Assembly (NCBI GenBank): GCA_964586175.1
Contig: CAZPGL010000002.1
Coordinates: 36,082-100,081, forward strand
Direction: 5' to 3'
Length of the DNA stretch: 64,000 bases
Source: an uncultured Microthrixaceae bacterium
GTDB lineage: Bacteria; Actinomycetota; Acidimicrobiia; Acidimicrobiales; MedAcidi-G1
Made by a program: the position numbers and the translations under genes
Shown here: positions 17,796-26,073 of the stretch, in pieces
How positions within the stretch are numbered: position 1 is the first letter of the stretch
Layout of the letters: every line of letters starts with the position of its first letter
Notes under the pieces: generated by a model
The model's database searches: none
Told to the model about the DNA's origin: nothing
Seen by the model: only the letters and a program-made list of their open reading frames with translations

Positions 17796-19988
17796 TCAGC
17801 GCCGGTCGATCTCGAGGATCACGTACTCGCCCGGGGCGACGCCGGATTCGATCTCGACCCAGGCGCCGTCGAGCATCCCGGTCGTCACGGGGCGGCGTTC
17901 GATGGCCCCCTCGGGGGTCACGACCCGGACGAGGCTGTCGGCGCCGTCGCGCAGCACGGCGGCGATCGGCACGACGACGGCATCGACCGCTTCATCGACG
18001 ACCACGTCGATAGCCACCGCGGCACCGTCGACCCCGGCCAGCGGAATCGACGTCTCGACGACCCCCTCGTAGGTCTCGGTGCCCCCGGCGGTCGACGCCG
18101 AGTCGTCGAGCTGGGTGATGGTGCCGTCGACCTCCTGGTCGCCGGCCGACAGTTTGACGAGCACCTCCTGGCCGACGTCGAGCGACGCCCGCTCGGTCGG
18201 GGTGGCGAAGAGCCGGATGGTGAAATCGGGTTCGGTCAGCGACAGCAGGGTGCTGCCCTGCAGCACGAACTCGCCCTCGTCGACGGCCACGCTGCCCACC
18301 CGGGCCGGCCAGTCGGCCACGATCATGTCCGTCGGGAGGAAGACCACGTCGTCGTCGATGGTGCGGATCTCGATGACCACCTCGGTCTCTCCGGCCGGCA
18401 GGAGGGCGGTGCCGCTGATCACGTCGTAGTCCAGGCCGGGCTGGGCGCTGCCCGACACCGTGTAGTTCACCGACGTGTCCTCGTCGGGGGCCTGGTCGGC
18501 CACGATGGTTACCGTGCCAGTCTGCCCCTCGCTGACCACCCCGCCACCGCGGAGGGTCAGCTCGGGGAGGTCATCGGACACGATCTCGATCGACGCCGAC
18601 TTGGGGCTCACCGCCGTGTACGCCGCTTCGCCGTCGCCGTCGATATCGGGGTCGTCGATCACCGTCACCGTCAGGTATTCGCCGGCCTCGACCCGGTCGT
18701 CGGCCCGCAGGGCGATGTCCAGGTCCACCGAGTCGTTGCCGGTGGTGATGATGACCGAGCCGTCCGGCGTCACATAGTCGCGTCCCGCCGAGGCCCCGCC
18801 GCCGACCGAGTAGTGGATCTCGACGTCCTCGATGACGTCCCGGTGGGTGTCGAAGGTGAACGAGGCACTGCCGCTCTCCCCGACCGACTCGGAGTTGGCA
18901 TGCACGTGCACCTCGGGTACGAAGTCGGCCGTCGGGTCGACCACGACGACGATCGCCTCGGAGCGCCCGCCCACCGTGTACTGCGGCGAGTTGCCGAACA
19001 GGGCGCCGATGGTGACCTCCAGGTCCTCGTCGGGCTCGACGTCGTCGTCGACGAGGGTGGTGACGACCAGATCGACGGTGGTCTCGCCCGCCGGGAACAA
19101 CACCGAGTCGCCGACCTCCTCGTAGTCGTCGCCCGACGTGACGTCGCCGCCGACGACCACGTTGACGATCAGGTCCGAGGACGGCGCCGGGTCGGCGGCG
19201 AAGGTGAAGGTCACCGAGTCGCCCTCGTCGACCGTCTCGGCGGAGGCCGACACGGTGATCGACGGCGGGTCGGCCGGCGCACCGACGGTGAGCAGGCGGC
19301 CCGTGCCGGCCGCCGACGCCCGGCGGGTCGTGTAGAGCAGGCCCCCGCCGGTGTCCCCGGACGGGGCGGCGACCGGTTCGACGGCCTCGACGGGCACGGC
19401 CTGGATGGTGAGCGACGCGGCGTTGCGGGCCCCGACCCGGTAGCCGGCACCGTTACTCAGCAGGGTCACCGTGACCACCTCGTCGACCTCGGAGGTGGCC
19501 GCCCCGTAGCCGTGGACGGCCTGCCAGGCCGCCAACCCGGCCCGGGTGTCCTCGGTGTAGTGGGTGTCGACGATGCCGACGTCGTGGCCGGCCGAGGTGA
19601 GGATGGTCTCCAACTGGAGCACGTCGGGCCCTTCGGCGCCCACGTCGAGTTGCCGGTAGAAGGCGAAGTCACCGTCGACGGCGACGGCCCGCCGGCCGTC
19701 GAGGGCGACCAGGACGTCGCCGGCGGCGATGGTGTCGCCATCGTCGATGAGCACGTCGCTCACCTTGCCGTCGACGGCCGAGTTGATGACCTGGAGCTCG
19801 TCCCGGCGCAGCTCGCCCTGAACGGTGATCTCGTCGGTCAGGGTGCGGACCGACACCACCTCGGCGATGGCCCGGTCCAGCCCGTCGTCGACGATGGTGG
19901 GCTCGTCGCTCCACGGCTGCCACAGGGCGACGGCCACGCCGGCGGCCACGACCACCGCCACAGCGGCCCACGCAACCCGGCCGCTCAC
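17796..19988 (-). CDS. HlyD/MacA-type membrane-fusion (periplasmic adaptor) protein with inserted PG-binding and three Calx-beta-like repeats
   Basis: 730 aa. N-terminal TM helix. Lipoyl-like VDGKVSDVLIDDGDTIAAGDVLVAL. PG_binding_1-like GPDVLQLETILTSAGHDVG...AGLAAWQAVHGY. Three repeats with DY...PAGET...DDDVE patterns, then C-terminal adaptor beta domains. Confidence 0.8.
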   Translation of the reverse strand: MSGRVAWAAVAVVVAAGVAVALWQPWSDEPTIVDDGLDRAIAEVVSVRTLTDEITVQGELRRDELQVINSAVDGKVSDVLIDDGDTIAAGDVLVALDGRRAVAVDGDFAFYRQLDVGAEGPDVLQLETILTSAGHDVGIVDTHYTEDTRAGLAAWQAVHGYGAATSEVDEVVTVTLLSNGAGYRVGARNAASLTIQAVPVEAVEPVAAPSGDTGGGLLYTTRRASAAGTGRLLTVGAPADPPSITVSASAETVDEGDSVTFTFAADPAPSSDLIVNVVVGGDVTSGDDYEEVGDSVLFPAGETTVDLVVTTLVDDDVEPDEDLEVTIGALFGNSPQYTVGGRSEAIVVVVDPTADFVPEVHVHANSESVGESGSASFTFDTHRDVIEDVEIHYSVGGGASAGRDYVTPDGSVIITTGNDSVDLDIALRADDRVEAGEYLTVTVIDDPDIDGDGEAAYTAVSPKSASIEIVSDDLPELTLRGGGVVSEGQTGTVTIVADQAPDEDTSVNYTVSGSAQPGLDYDVISGTALLPAGETEVVIEIRTIDDDVVFLPTDMIVADWPARVGSVAVDEGEFVLQGSTLLSLTEPDFTIRLFATPTERASLDVGQEVLVKLSAGDQEVDGTITQLDDSASTAGGTETYEGVVETSIPLAGVDGAAVAIDVVVDEAVDAVVVPIAAVLRDGADSLVRVVTPEGAIERRPVTTGMLDGAWVEIESGVAPGEYVILEIDRR

Positions 19989-20752
19989 GATCCGTCCCCG
20001 CCCTCGAGGTTGATCCGGCTCACGCAGTCACCGATCTGGTCGGCGTCGATGCGGCCGTCGGGGCTGCTGAACTGACCACCCGTGTTGAGCAGGCCGTTCT
20101 CGTCCGGAGTGAGCTCACCGATGTCCCAGCCCTTGCCCCGCAGGCAGTCGGTGATCAGGATCGTCTGCTCGTTCTCGACCATGATCTGGTCGGGGGTCAT
20201 CGAGGCCCGCGACGACTCATAGGCCTGGAAGGCCTCGGCGATCCCGGTGCGGCTGTTGCAGAGTTGGAGCGCCGAGATGTAGTCGGGGTTGTTGACCGGG
20301 GCACCGGCGCCGAGGTCGGGATTGGGCAGGCCGAGGAACTCCCAGCCCTCGACGTCCAGGCACTCGTTGAACCCGCCCAGCGCCTCCAGCAGCTTGAGGC
20401 CGGTCGGCGTGTCGTCCTCGGCCAGGGGCACCGTCTCCTTGGGCGGCTCGGTCGAGGTGGCCGACCCGTCCTCCACCGACCCGTCCTCCACCGACCCGTC
20501 CTCCGCCGACCCATCCTCCGCCGACCCATCCTCGACCGGCTCGTCGGAGGCGGGGTCCTCCCCGACGGTGGCCGTGTCGGTGGTGACGACCTCGGGGACC
20601 TCGTCAACCCCGTCGGGCAACACGATCTCCACCGCGTCGTCGGCGCTGAGCACGACGATCGATCGGGTGCCCGAGGCGTCGCCACCCCCGGAACAGGCGG
20701 TGGCGACCAGCAGGCCGACCACAGCCAGGACACCACGCGATGCTCCGAACAT
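19985..20752 (-). CDS. secreted lipoprotein with acidic (EDGS[AV])x5 repeat; function unknown
   Basis: ORF trimmed to the ATG at 20752. MFGASRGVLAVVGLLVATAC is a signal peptide plus lipobox Cys. The C-terminal domain has 4 Cys. 4-nt overlap with the adaptor gene. Confidence 0.7.
   Translation of the reverse strand: MFGASRGVLAVVGLLVATACSGGGDASGTRSIVVLSADDAVEIVLPDGVDEVPEVVTTDTATVGEDPASDEPVEDGSAEDGSAEDGSVEDGSVEDGSATSTEPPKETVPLAEDDTPTGLKLLEALGGFNECLDVEGWEFLGLPNPDLGAGAPVNNPDYISALQLCNSRTGIAEAFQAYESSRASMTPDQIMVENEQTILITDCLRGKGWDIGELTPDENGLLNTGGQFSSPDGRIDADQIGDCVSRINLEGGDGS
20461..20535. repeat. 15-bp tandem repeat x5 (CCGACCCGTCCTCCA and variants), in-frame within the lipoprotein gene
   Basis: Units read directly at 20461, 20476, 20491, 20506 and 20521. 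They encode DGS(A/V)E repeats on the minus strand. Confidence 0.9.
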
Positions 20753-20830
20753 GGGGCGGACTATAGGGACCGAACCCCGGCCACCCGGCACCCGACCCGA
20801 TCCCCTTAGTCAGACCCTAATGTTGTCCGG

Positions 20831-22060
20831 GTGCCCGACTTCTTCCAGAACGGGGTCATCGCCACCCTTCACCGGCTGGGCGACCGGCCGGTCGCCGAGC
20901 TCGAGGCCGAGCTGACGGCCTGGGGTGCCGACCGGCCCATGGCGTTGGTGATCCCGTGCCTGTACGCCGAGCTGGACGGCCCGGCGCTGAAGCACATCGT
21001 GGACGAGCTGGCCGCCGTGCCCTACCTGGACGAGATCGTGATCGGCCTCGACCGGGCCGACGCCGACGGCTTCGCCCACGCCCGCCAATTCTTCTCCCGA
21101 CTCCCCCAGCATCACCGCATCGTCTGGAACGACGGCCCCGGGCTGCAGGCGGTCGACGACGAGCTGGCCGACCATGGCTTGGCTCCGGCCGAACCGGGCA
21201 AGGGGCGCAACGCCTGGTACTGCCTGGGCTACCTCCTGGCCGCCGACCGGGCCCGCATCATCGCCCTCCACGACGCCGACATCCTCACCTACGACCGGTC
21301 GTTGCCGGCCCGCCTGCTCCACCCGCTGGCCCATCCCGACCTCGACTTCGCCTTCGCCAAGGGCTTCTACGATCGGGCCGTTCCCGGAACCGACGGCTCC
21401 AGCGGCTTCAACGGACGGGTCTCCCGACTCTGCCTGACCCCGCTGGTCCGCGCCCTGGCGATGACCTTCGGGTCCAGCGACCACCTCGATTACCTCGACA
21501 GCTTCCGGTACCCGCTGGCCGGCGAGTGCGCCATGGACCTCAGCGTGGCCCGTTCGCTGCGGGTGCCCTCGGACTGGGGGCTGGAGATCGGCGTGCTGTC
21601 GGAGGTGTTCCGCCGCTACACCCCGAACCGGGTGTGCCAGGTCGACCTGGCCGGCGGCTACGACCACAAGCACCAGGGCCTGTCACCCGACGACCGAACT
21701 GGCGGCCTCCACCGGATGAGCGGGGACATCGCCAAGGCCCTGTTCCGCAAACTGGCCGTGTCCGGGGTGGTGCTCACCTCCGAGAGCTTCCGGACCATCC
21801 GCGCCACGTACACGCGGGTGGCCGACGACCTCATCGACCGCTACCAGGCCGACGCGACCATCAACGGCATCCGGTACGACCGGGCGGCCGAGGAAGCGGC
21901 GGTCGCCCTGTTCGGCGAGGCCATCCTGCGGGCCGGAGCCGAAGTGCTCGCCGACCCCACCGGATCGCCGTTCATCCCCAGCTGGGCCCGGGTCGCCGAG
22001 GCCCTCCCCCACCTGCCGGCCCGTCTGGTCGAGGCCGTGGAGGCTGACGCCGGCCGCTGA
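20831..22060 (+). CDS. GpgS/Mgs-family retaining glycosyltransferase (glucosyl- or mannosyl-glycerate / -3-phosphoglycerate synthase-like)
   Basis: 409 aa, GTG start. By-eye similarity to M. tuberculosis GpgS and R. marinus Mgs: PGKGRNAW, ALHDADILTYD (DxD), KGFYDR, GRVSRLCLTPLVRAL, YPLAGECAM, SDWGLEIGVL, YDHKHQ. Confidence 0.6.
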   Translation: MPDFFQNGVIATLHRLGDRPVAELEAELTAWGADRPMALVIPCLYAELDGPALKHIVDELAAVPYLDEIVIGLDRADADGFAHARQFFSRLPQHHRIVWNDGPGLQAVDDELADHGLAPAEPGKGRNAWYCLGYLLAADRARIIALHDADILTYDRSLPARLLHPLAHPDLDFAFAKGFYDRAVPGTDGSSGFNGRVSRLCLTPLVRALAMTFGSSDHLDYLDSFRYPLAGECAMDLSVARSLRVPSDWGLEIGVLSEVFRRYTPNRVCQVDLAGGYDHKHQGLSPDDRTGGLHRMSGDIAKALFRKLAVSGVVLTSESFRTIRATYTRVADDLIDRYQADATINGIRYDRAAEEAAVALFGEAILRAGAEVLADPTGSPFIPSWARVAEALPHLPARLVEAVEADAGR

Positions 22061-22155
22061 TCGGCGCTCATCAACTCCTCACCTCCCGCTCAACCCGCGG
22101 TCACCTGGGCCCTCGATGGTGGGACCATGACTCCGATGACCTCCGCTCCCGGTCG

Positions 22156-23454
22156 ATGACCAGTCGAGCCGACCTGGCCTGGTTGACCCGCCGTACCGGC
22201 TTCGGCCCCGCACCGGGCCAGCTCGACGACCTGGCCGCCCTCGACCGCGACCAGGTCATCGCCCGGGTGCTCGACCCGACCGCCCACGGTTCCCCGACCC
22301 CGCCGTCGCTGTTCGGGGACGTCGACATGGACATCCCCCAGGACACCGAGCCGACCGACCGACCGAATCTCCGGGCCGAGATCAACCTGCGTCTCCTCGA
22401 TGCCTGGCTGGACGCCCTGCGCGATTCGACCGACCCGCTGCTCGAGTGGCTGACGTTCTTCTGGCACGACCACTTCGCCGTCAACGGGGCCGTGGTCCTC
22501 AGCCCACGGTCAATGGCCGTCCACATCGAGTTGCTCCGCACCCACGCGCGGGGCGACTTCGGCGCCATGCTGCGCGACGTCACCGTCGACCCGGCGATGC
22601 TCAAGTTCCTCGACGGTCGGACCAACGTGGCGTCCCATCCCAACGAGAACTACGGGCGCGAGCTGCTGGAGCTCTACTCGCTCGGCATCGAGCACTACAC
22701 GGAGGCCGACGTGGCCGCGGCGGCGACCGCCCTCACCGGGTGGCACACACCGCCGGAGATCTACGGCGAAGCGGTGTTCCGCCCCCGGCGCCACGACGAC
22801 ACCCCGCAGACGCTCCTCGGCGTCGACGGGGTCCACGACGTCGACACGGTCATCGACGCCGTCCTCGGTCACGAGGCGCTCCCAAGGTTCATCGCCGCCA
22901 AGATGGGCCGGGCCATCCTCGGCGACGATCTCGACGACTCGATCGTCGACGGGCTCGCGACGACCTTCGCCGCCAACGACCTCCAGATCGCCCCGCTCGT
23001 GGAAGCGGCGGCCGCCGCCGGCTTGGACCTCCCGTCCCGCACCCCGCTGATCCGCCATCCGGTCAGCTGGCTGGCCAACGCCGAGCGAACCACCGGCGCC
23101 CGACCCGAGGCGCGGGTCCGCATGCGCATCCTCCGGGGTATGGACATGCTGCCCGGACACCCCCCGCACGTAGGGGGATTCCCGCCACCGGAGAACTACC
23201 TGAGCGCCTCATCGACCGCAGCACGCTTCACCGTGTCCGGGCATCTCGCCGGGCTCATCCCCGAGGACGCACCGGTGCGGGTCGCCGCCGACGACGGACG
23301 ATGGGACGAGCTCGCCGACCTGCTGGGCCGGCCCGAGGGGTTCGGTGCCGCCACCACGACGGCCCTCGACGACCTCGCCGCCACCCGGGACCGGGGACGG
23401 GTCACCTCGGTGCTCGCCCTGGCCCTGGCCTCTCCCGAACTCCTCCTGGTCTGA
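22156..23454 (+). CDS. DUF1800-family protein
   Basis: 432 aa. Contains LEWLTFFWHDHFAV, NENYGRELLELYSLGIEHYTEADV and GWH, typical of DUF1800. It is immediately followed by a DUF1501 gene. Confidence 0.75.
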   Translation: MTSRADLAWLTRRTGFGPAPGQLDDLAALDRDQVIARVLDPTAHGSPTPPSLFGDVDMDIPQDTEPTDRPNLRAEINLRLLDAWLDALRDSTDPLLEWLTFFWHDHFAVNGAVVLSPRSMAVHIELLRTHARGDFGAMLRDVTVDPAMLKFLDGRTNVASHPNENYGRELLELYSLGIEHYTEADVAAAATALTGWHTPPEIYGEAVFRPRRHDDTPQTLLGVDGVHDVDTVIDAVLGHEALPRFIAAKMGRAILGDDLDDSIVDGLATTFAANDLQIAPLVEAAAAAGLDLPSRTPLIRHPVSWLANAERTTGARPEARVRMRILRGMDMLPGHPPHVGGFPPPENYLSASSTAARFTVSGHLAGLIPEDAPVRVAADDGRWDELADLLGRPEGFGAATTTALDDLAATRDRGRVTSVLALALASPELLLV

Positions 23455-23458
23455 TCCC

Positions 23459-24766
23459 ATGTCCGATCTCAGCCGCCGCCGATTCCTCACCATCACCGGA
23501 GGTGCCACCGCCGCCGGCGCCCTCGGGTTCAGCACCTGGGCTGCGCTCATCCGGGAGCAGGTCGAGACGGTCGGGGGGCCGACCAGCACGACGACGAGCA
23601 CCACGACCACGAGCACCACGACCACCATGGCCCCCTCGACCACGACCCGGCCCCCCACCATCGTCCGGCCGACCGCACCCGTCCTCGTCGTCATCCAGAT
23701 GGCAGGGGGCAACGATGGGCTGAACTCCCTCGTCCCCGTCGACGGCCGCTACAACGACGCCCGGCCGACCATCGCCATCGACCCTGAGGAGCTGACGGCC
23801 CTGACCGGGGTGACCGACTTCGGCCTGCACCCCGCCCTCGCCCCCCTGGCCCGACTCTGGGAGGACGACCGGCTCCTCGCCGCCACCGGCCTCGGCGTCC
23901 CCGATCAGGGCCGATCCCACTTCACTGCGTCCGACGCGTGGATGAGCGGTGGACCCGATCGGACCACCACCGGCTGGATCGGCCGCTGGCTGGATGCGAC
24001 ATCGGACGGCTCCGAGAACCCGCTGCGGGCCATCGCCCTCGGTGGTGGCGCATCCATCCTCACGGCCGAGACCAGCATCAGCACGTTCATCCGCTCTCCG
24101 GCCGGCTTCGGGCTGGCCACACCCCGCGGCATGGACGGGGACGACATCGTCGAGGCCTTCCTCGCCTGCGCGTCACCGCTGTCCGATCAGCCGGCCCACG
24201 CCGCCGCCCAGGCCGCCATCCCTGCCACCCTCGAAGCCGTCGAGCTCCTCGCCGCGGCATCCGACGAGCCGGTCGGCGAGGATGACGCGGTCGGGTCGGC
24301 CGGCGGCCACGAGGGTTTCGCCAGCATGCTCGACACGGCCGCCGGCATCATCGACATGGACCTGGGGACCGAGGTGATCGTGGTCAGCGTCCACGGCTTC
24401 GACACCCACAGCGACCAACTGTCCCGCCAGGAGGCGCTGCTGACCGACCTGGGCGCCGGTCTCGCCTCGTTCTGCGAGCGGCTCGACCGGGACGGCAACG
24501 GCGACCGGGTCCTCGTGGCCACGACCAGCGAGTTCGGTCGGCGGGTGGCCGAGAACGGCTCGGGAGGCACCGACCACGGGACGGCGGCCTGCCAGTTCCT
24601 GATCGGAGCCGGTTCGGGTCTGATCGGCGGCATCGACCTGGACCATCTGGTCGACGGCGACGTGCCCGTCTCGATCGACACCCGCTCGATGTACGCCACC
24701 TGCCTCGACTGGCTGGGCGGCCCCACCGACGAGGTGCTCGGCGGCTCCTACGAACGCCTGGTGTGA
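23459..24766 (+). CDS. DUF1501-family protein (sulfatase/phosphatase-like fold) with Tat signal and Thr/Ser-rich linker
   Basis: ORF 23345..24766 trimmed to the ATG at 23459. MSDLSRRRFLTITGGATAAGALG is a twin-arginine signal. Also TSTTTSTTTTSTTTT, SVHGFDTHSDQ and SEFGRRVAENGSGGTDHG. Confidence 0.75.
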   Translation: MSDLSRRRFLTITGGATAAGALGFSTWAALIREQVETVGGPTSTTTSTTTTSTTTTMAPSTTTRPPTIVRPTAPVLVVIQMAGGNDGLNSLVPVDGRYNDARPTIAIDPEELTALTGVTDFGLHPALAPLARLWEDDRLLAATGLGVPDQGRSHFTASDAWMSGGPDRTTTGWIGRWLDATSDGSENPLRAIALGGGASILTAETSISTFIRSPAGFGLATPRGMDGDDIVEAFLACASPLSDQPAHAAAQAAIPATLEAVELLAAASDEPVGEDDAVGSAGGHEGFASMLDTAAGIIDMDLGTEVIVVSVHGFDTHSDQLSRQEALLTDLGAGLASFCERLDRDGNGDRVLVATTSEFGRRVAENGSGGTDHGTAACQFLIGAGSGLIGGIDLDHLVDGDVPVSIDTRSMYATCLDWLGGPTDEVLGGSYERLV

Positions 24767-24799
24767 ACGGATCTCCACCCCGGACCGCGTCCACCGCAG

Positions 24800-24873
24800 T
24801 GGAGGTGAGCGGAATCGAACCGCCGACTTCTACGTTGCGAACGTAGCGCTCTAGCCAACTGAGCTACACCCCC
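24800..24873 (-). tRNA. tRNA-Ala (anticodon CGC)
   Basis: Minus strand: GGGGGTGTAGCTCAGTTGGCTAGAGCGCTACGTTCGCAACGTAGAAGTCGGCGGTTCGATTCCGCTCACCTCCA. The cloverleaf folds by hand. Anticodon loop TTCGCAA. G3:U70 Ala identity pair present. CCA is not encoded. Confidence 0.95.
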
Positions 24874-24922
24874 GTGGATGGGCTGGAGCGTAGCGGCGCC
24901 CGGAGACGCTGCCGTCGGCCGA

Positions 24923-25396
24923 TCAGTTGGCTTGACGGCGGAGCACGGCCTCGTCACGCATGGCCACCCCGGCCGGGGCGCCCATGGAGTTGGCCATCAC
25001 GGCCGACGACGGACGGAACGGCACGATCGTCTCGGTGCGCTCGACGGCCCGCTGATACCGCATGGTGAGCATCACGGCGTAGCCGACGAGGACGACGTCG
25101 GCGAGGAAGTGGACCATCCACAGCACGCTGCCCACCGCCATGGCGGCCATCAGGGTGAGGGTGGCGATGCCGCCCAGCGCCAGGAGGACGTCGCGGCGAC
25201 GGCGACGGGCGTCGCGGGCCGACGACGGGACGGAAGATGCGGCCTGCTGGAGGCCCCGGAGGCTGGACCGGTCGAGGCCGCCGACGGCGACGAGCGCCCT
25301 GCCCGGGCGGGCCACCGGTGGGGCGCCCGATCGACGGACGAGGGGCGGTAGCAGGACGACCGCCCACAGCACTCCGAGTCCCACGAGGATCAGCAC
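24923..25396 (-). CDS. hypothetical membrane protein (about 157 aa)
   Basis: ORF 24923..25480. I favour the GTG at 25396, which is preceded by AAGGAG with a 7-nt spacer. Two or three TM segments (VLILVGLGVLWAVVLL; LLALGGIATLTLMAAMAVGSVLWMVHFLADVVLVGYAVML). Confidence 0.55.
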   Translation of the reverse strand: MLILVGLGVLWAVVLLPPLVRRSGAPPVARPGRALVAVGGLDRSSLRGLQQAASSVPSSARDARRRRRDVLLALGGIATLTLMAAMAVGSVLWMVHFLADVVLVGYAVMLTMRYQRAVERTETIVPFRPSSAVMANSMGAPAGVAMRDEAVLRRQAN

Positions 25397-25511
25397 CGTC
25401 GATCTCCTTCGTCCTGTCGGGGCCTGTCTGCGGTTTCGCCCGGTCCGGTGCCGGACCCGTCGCCCGACACGTGTCCGCACGGTAGTACGACATCCCTGTA
25501 ATTCGGTGGAT

Positions 25512-25553
25512 GATCACGCGCGAATCGCGCGTGATCTCGCGCGCTTCGCGCGA
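25512..25553. other. two adjacent perfect GC hairpins built from four CGCGCG blocks
   Basis: GATCACGCGCG-AAT-CGCGCGTGATC (25512..25536), then TCGCGCG-CTT-CGCGCGA (25537..25553). They lie 41 nt downstream of the moaC stop on the minus strand. Confidence 0.85.
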
Positions 25554-25593
25554 AGCCCGATGAAAGCCACCACGAGCGGTGGCCGGGGCGGGA

Positions 25594-26073
25594 TCAGCCG
25601 ACGGACCGCCGCCAGGATCCCGACCGCCCGCCGTCCTTCTCCCACAGGGCCACCGGCCCGATGCTCATGGAGCGGTCCAGGGACTTGCACATGTCGACCA
25701 CCGTGAGGGCCGCCACCGAACAGGCGGTGAGGGCCTCCATCTCGACCCCAGTCCGGTCGACGGTCTCGACGACGGCCTCGATGTCGACCGCCCCCTCCCC
25801 CACCACGAGCTCCACCACGACCGAGCTGAGCGGCAACGGGTGACACAGCGGGATGAGCTCCGAGGTGCGCTTGGCGGCCTGGATGCCGGCCACCCGGGCC
25901 ACGGCCAGCACGTCGCCCTTGGGCACGCTGCCGCCGGCCAGGGCCGCCGACGTCGTCGGGGCCATCTCGACCCGGGCCCGCGCCAGGGCGCGACGCCGGG
26001 TGACGGCCTTGTCGCCGACATCGACCATGCGGGCCCGGCCGTCGGCGTCCAGGTGGGTGAACTCGGCCGACAT
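25594..26073 (-). CDS. moaC: cyclic pyranopterin monophosphate synthase
   Basis: ORF trimmed to the ATG at 26073 ([12 protein letters not shown]...), which overlaps the moaA stop. Motifs: [49 protein letters not shown]. Confidence 0.95.
   Translation of the reverse strand: MSAEFTHLDADGRARMVDVGDKAVTRRRALARARVEMAPTTSAALAGGSVPKGDVLAVARVAGIQAAKRTSELIPLCHPLPLSSVVVELVVGEGAVDIEAVVETVDRTGVEMEALTACSVAALTVVDMCKSLDRSMSIGPVALWEKDGGRSGSWRRSVG

Noticed and set aside
20461-20535. Tandem repeats here, at 56983..57126 and at 23584..23627 as possible CRISPR arrays or mobile-element repeats.
   Set aside because: The repeats are contiguous with no spacers. They are in-frame inside secreted-protein genes, encode low-complexity linkers, and have no cas genes nearby.
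24800-24873. Whether the only tRNA in the window could be tRNA-Sec (selC), supporting the UGA recoding idea.
   Set aside because: The anticodon loop is TTCGCAA (anticodon CGC). It has a 7-bp acceptor stem with the G3:U70 Ala identity pair, a short 5-nt variable region, and is 74 nt long. It is an ordinary tRNA-Ala, not the long-arm UCA-anticodon tRNA-Sec.
24767-24922. The tRNA-Ala locus as an integration hotspot or genomic-island border.
   Set aside because: There is no integrase, no duplicated tRNA 3' segment, and no GC-content shift on either side. The flanking genes (DUF1501, a membrane protein, moaC) look native.
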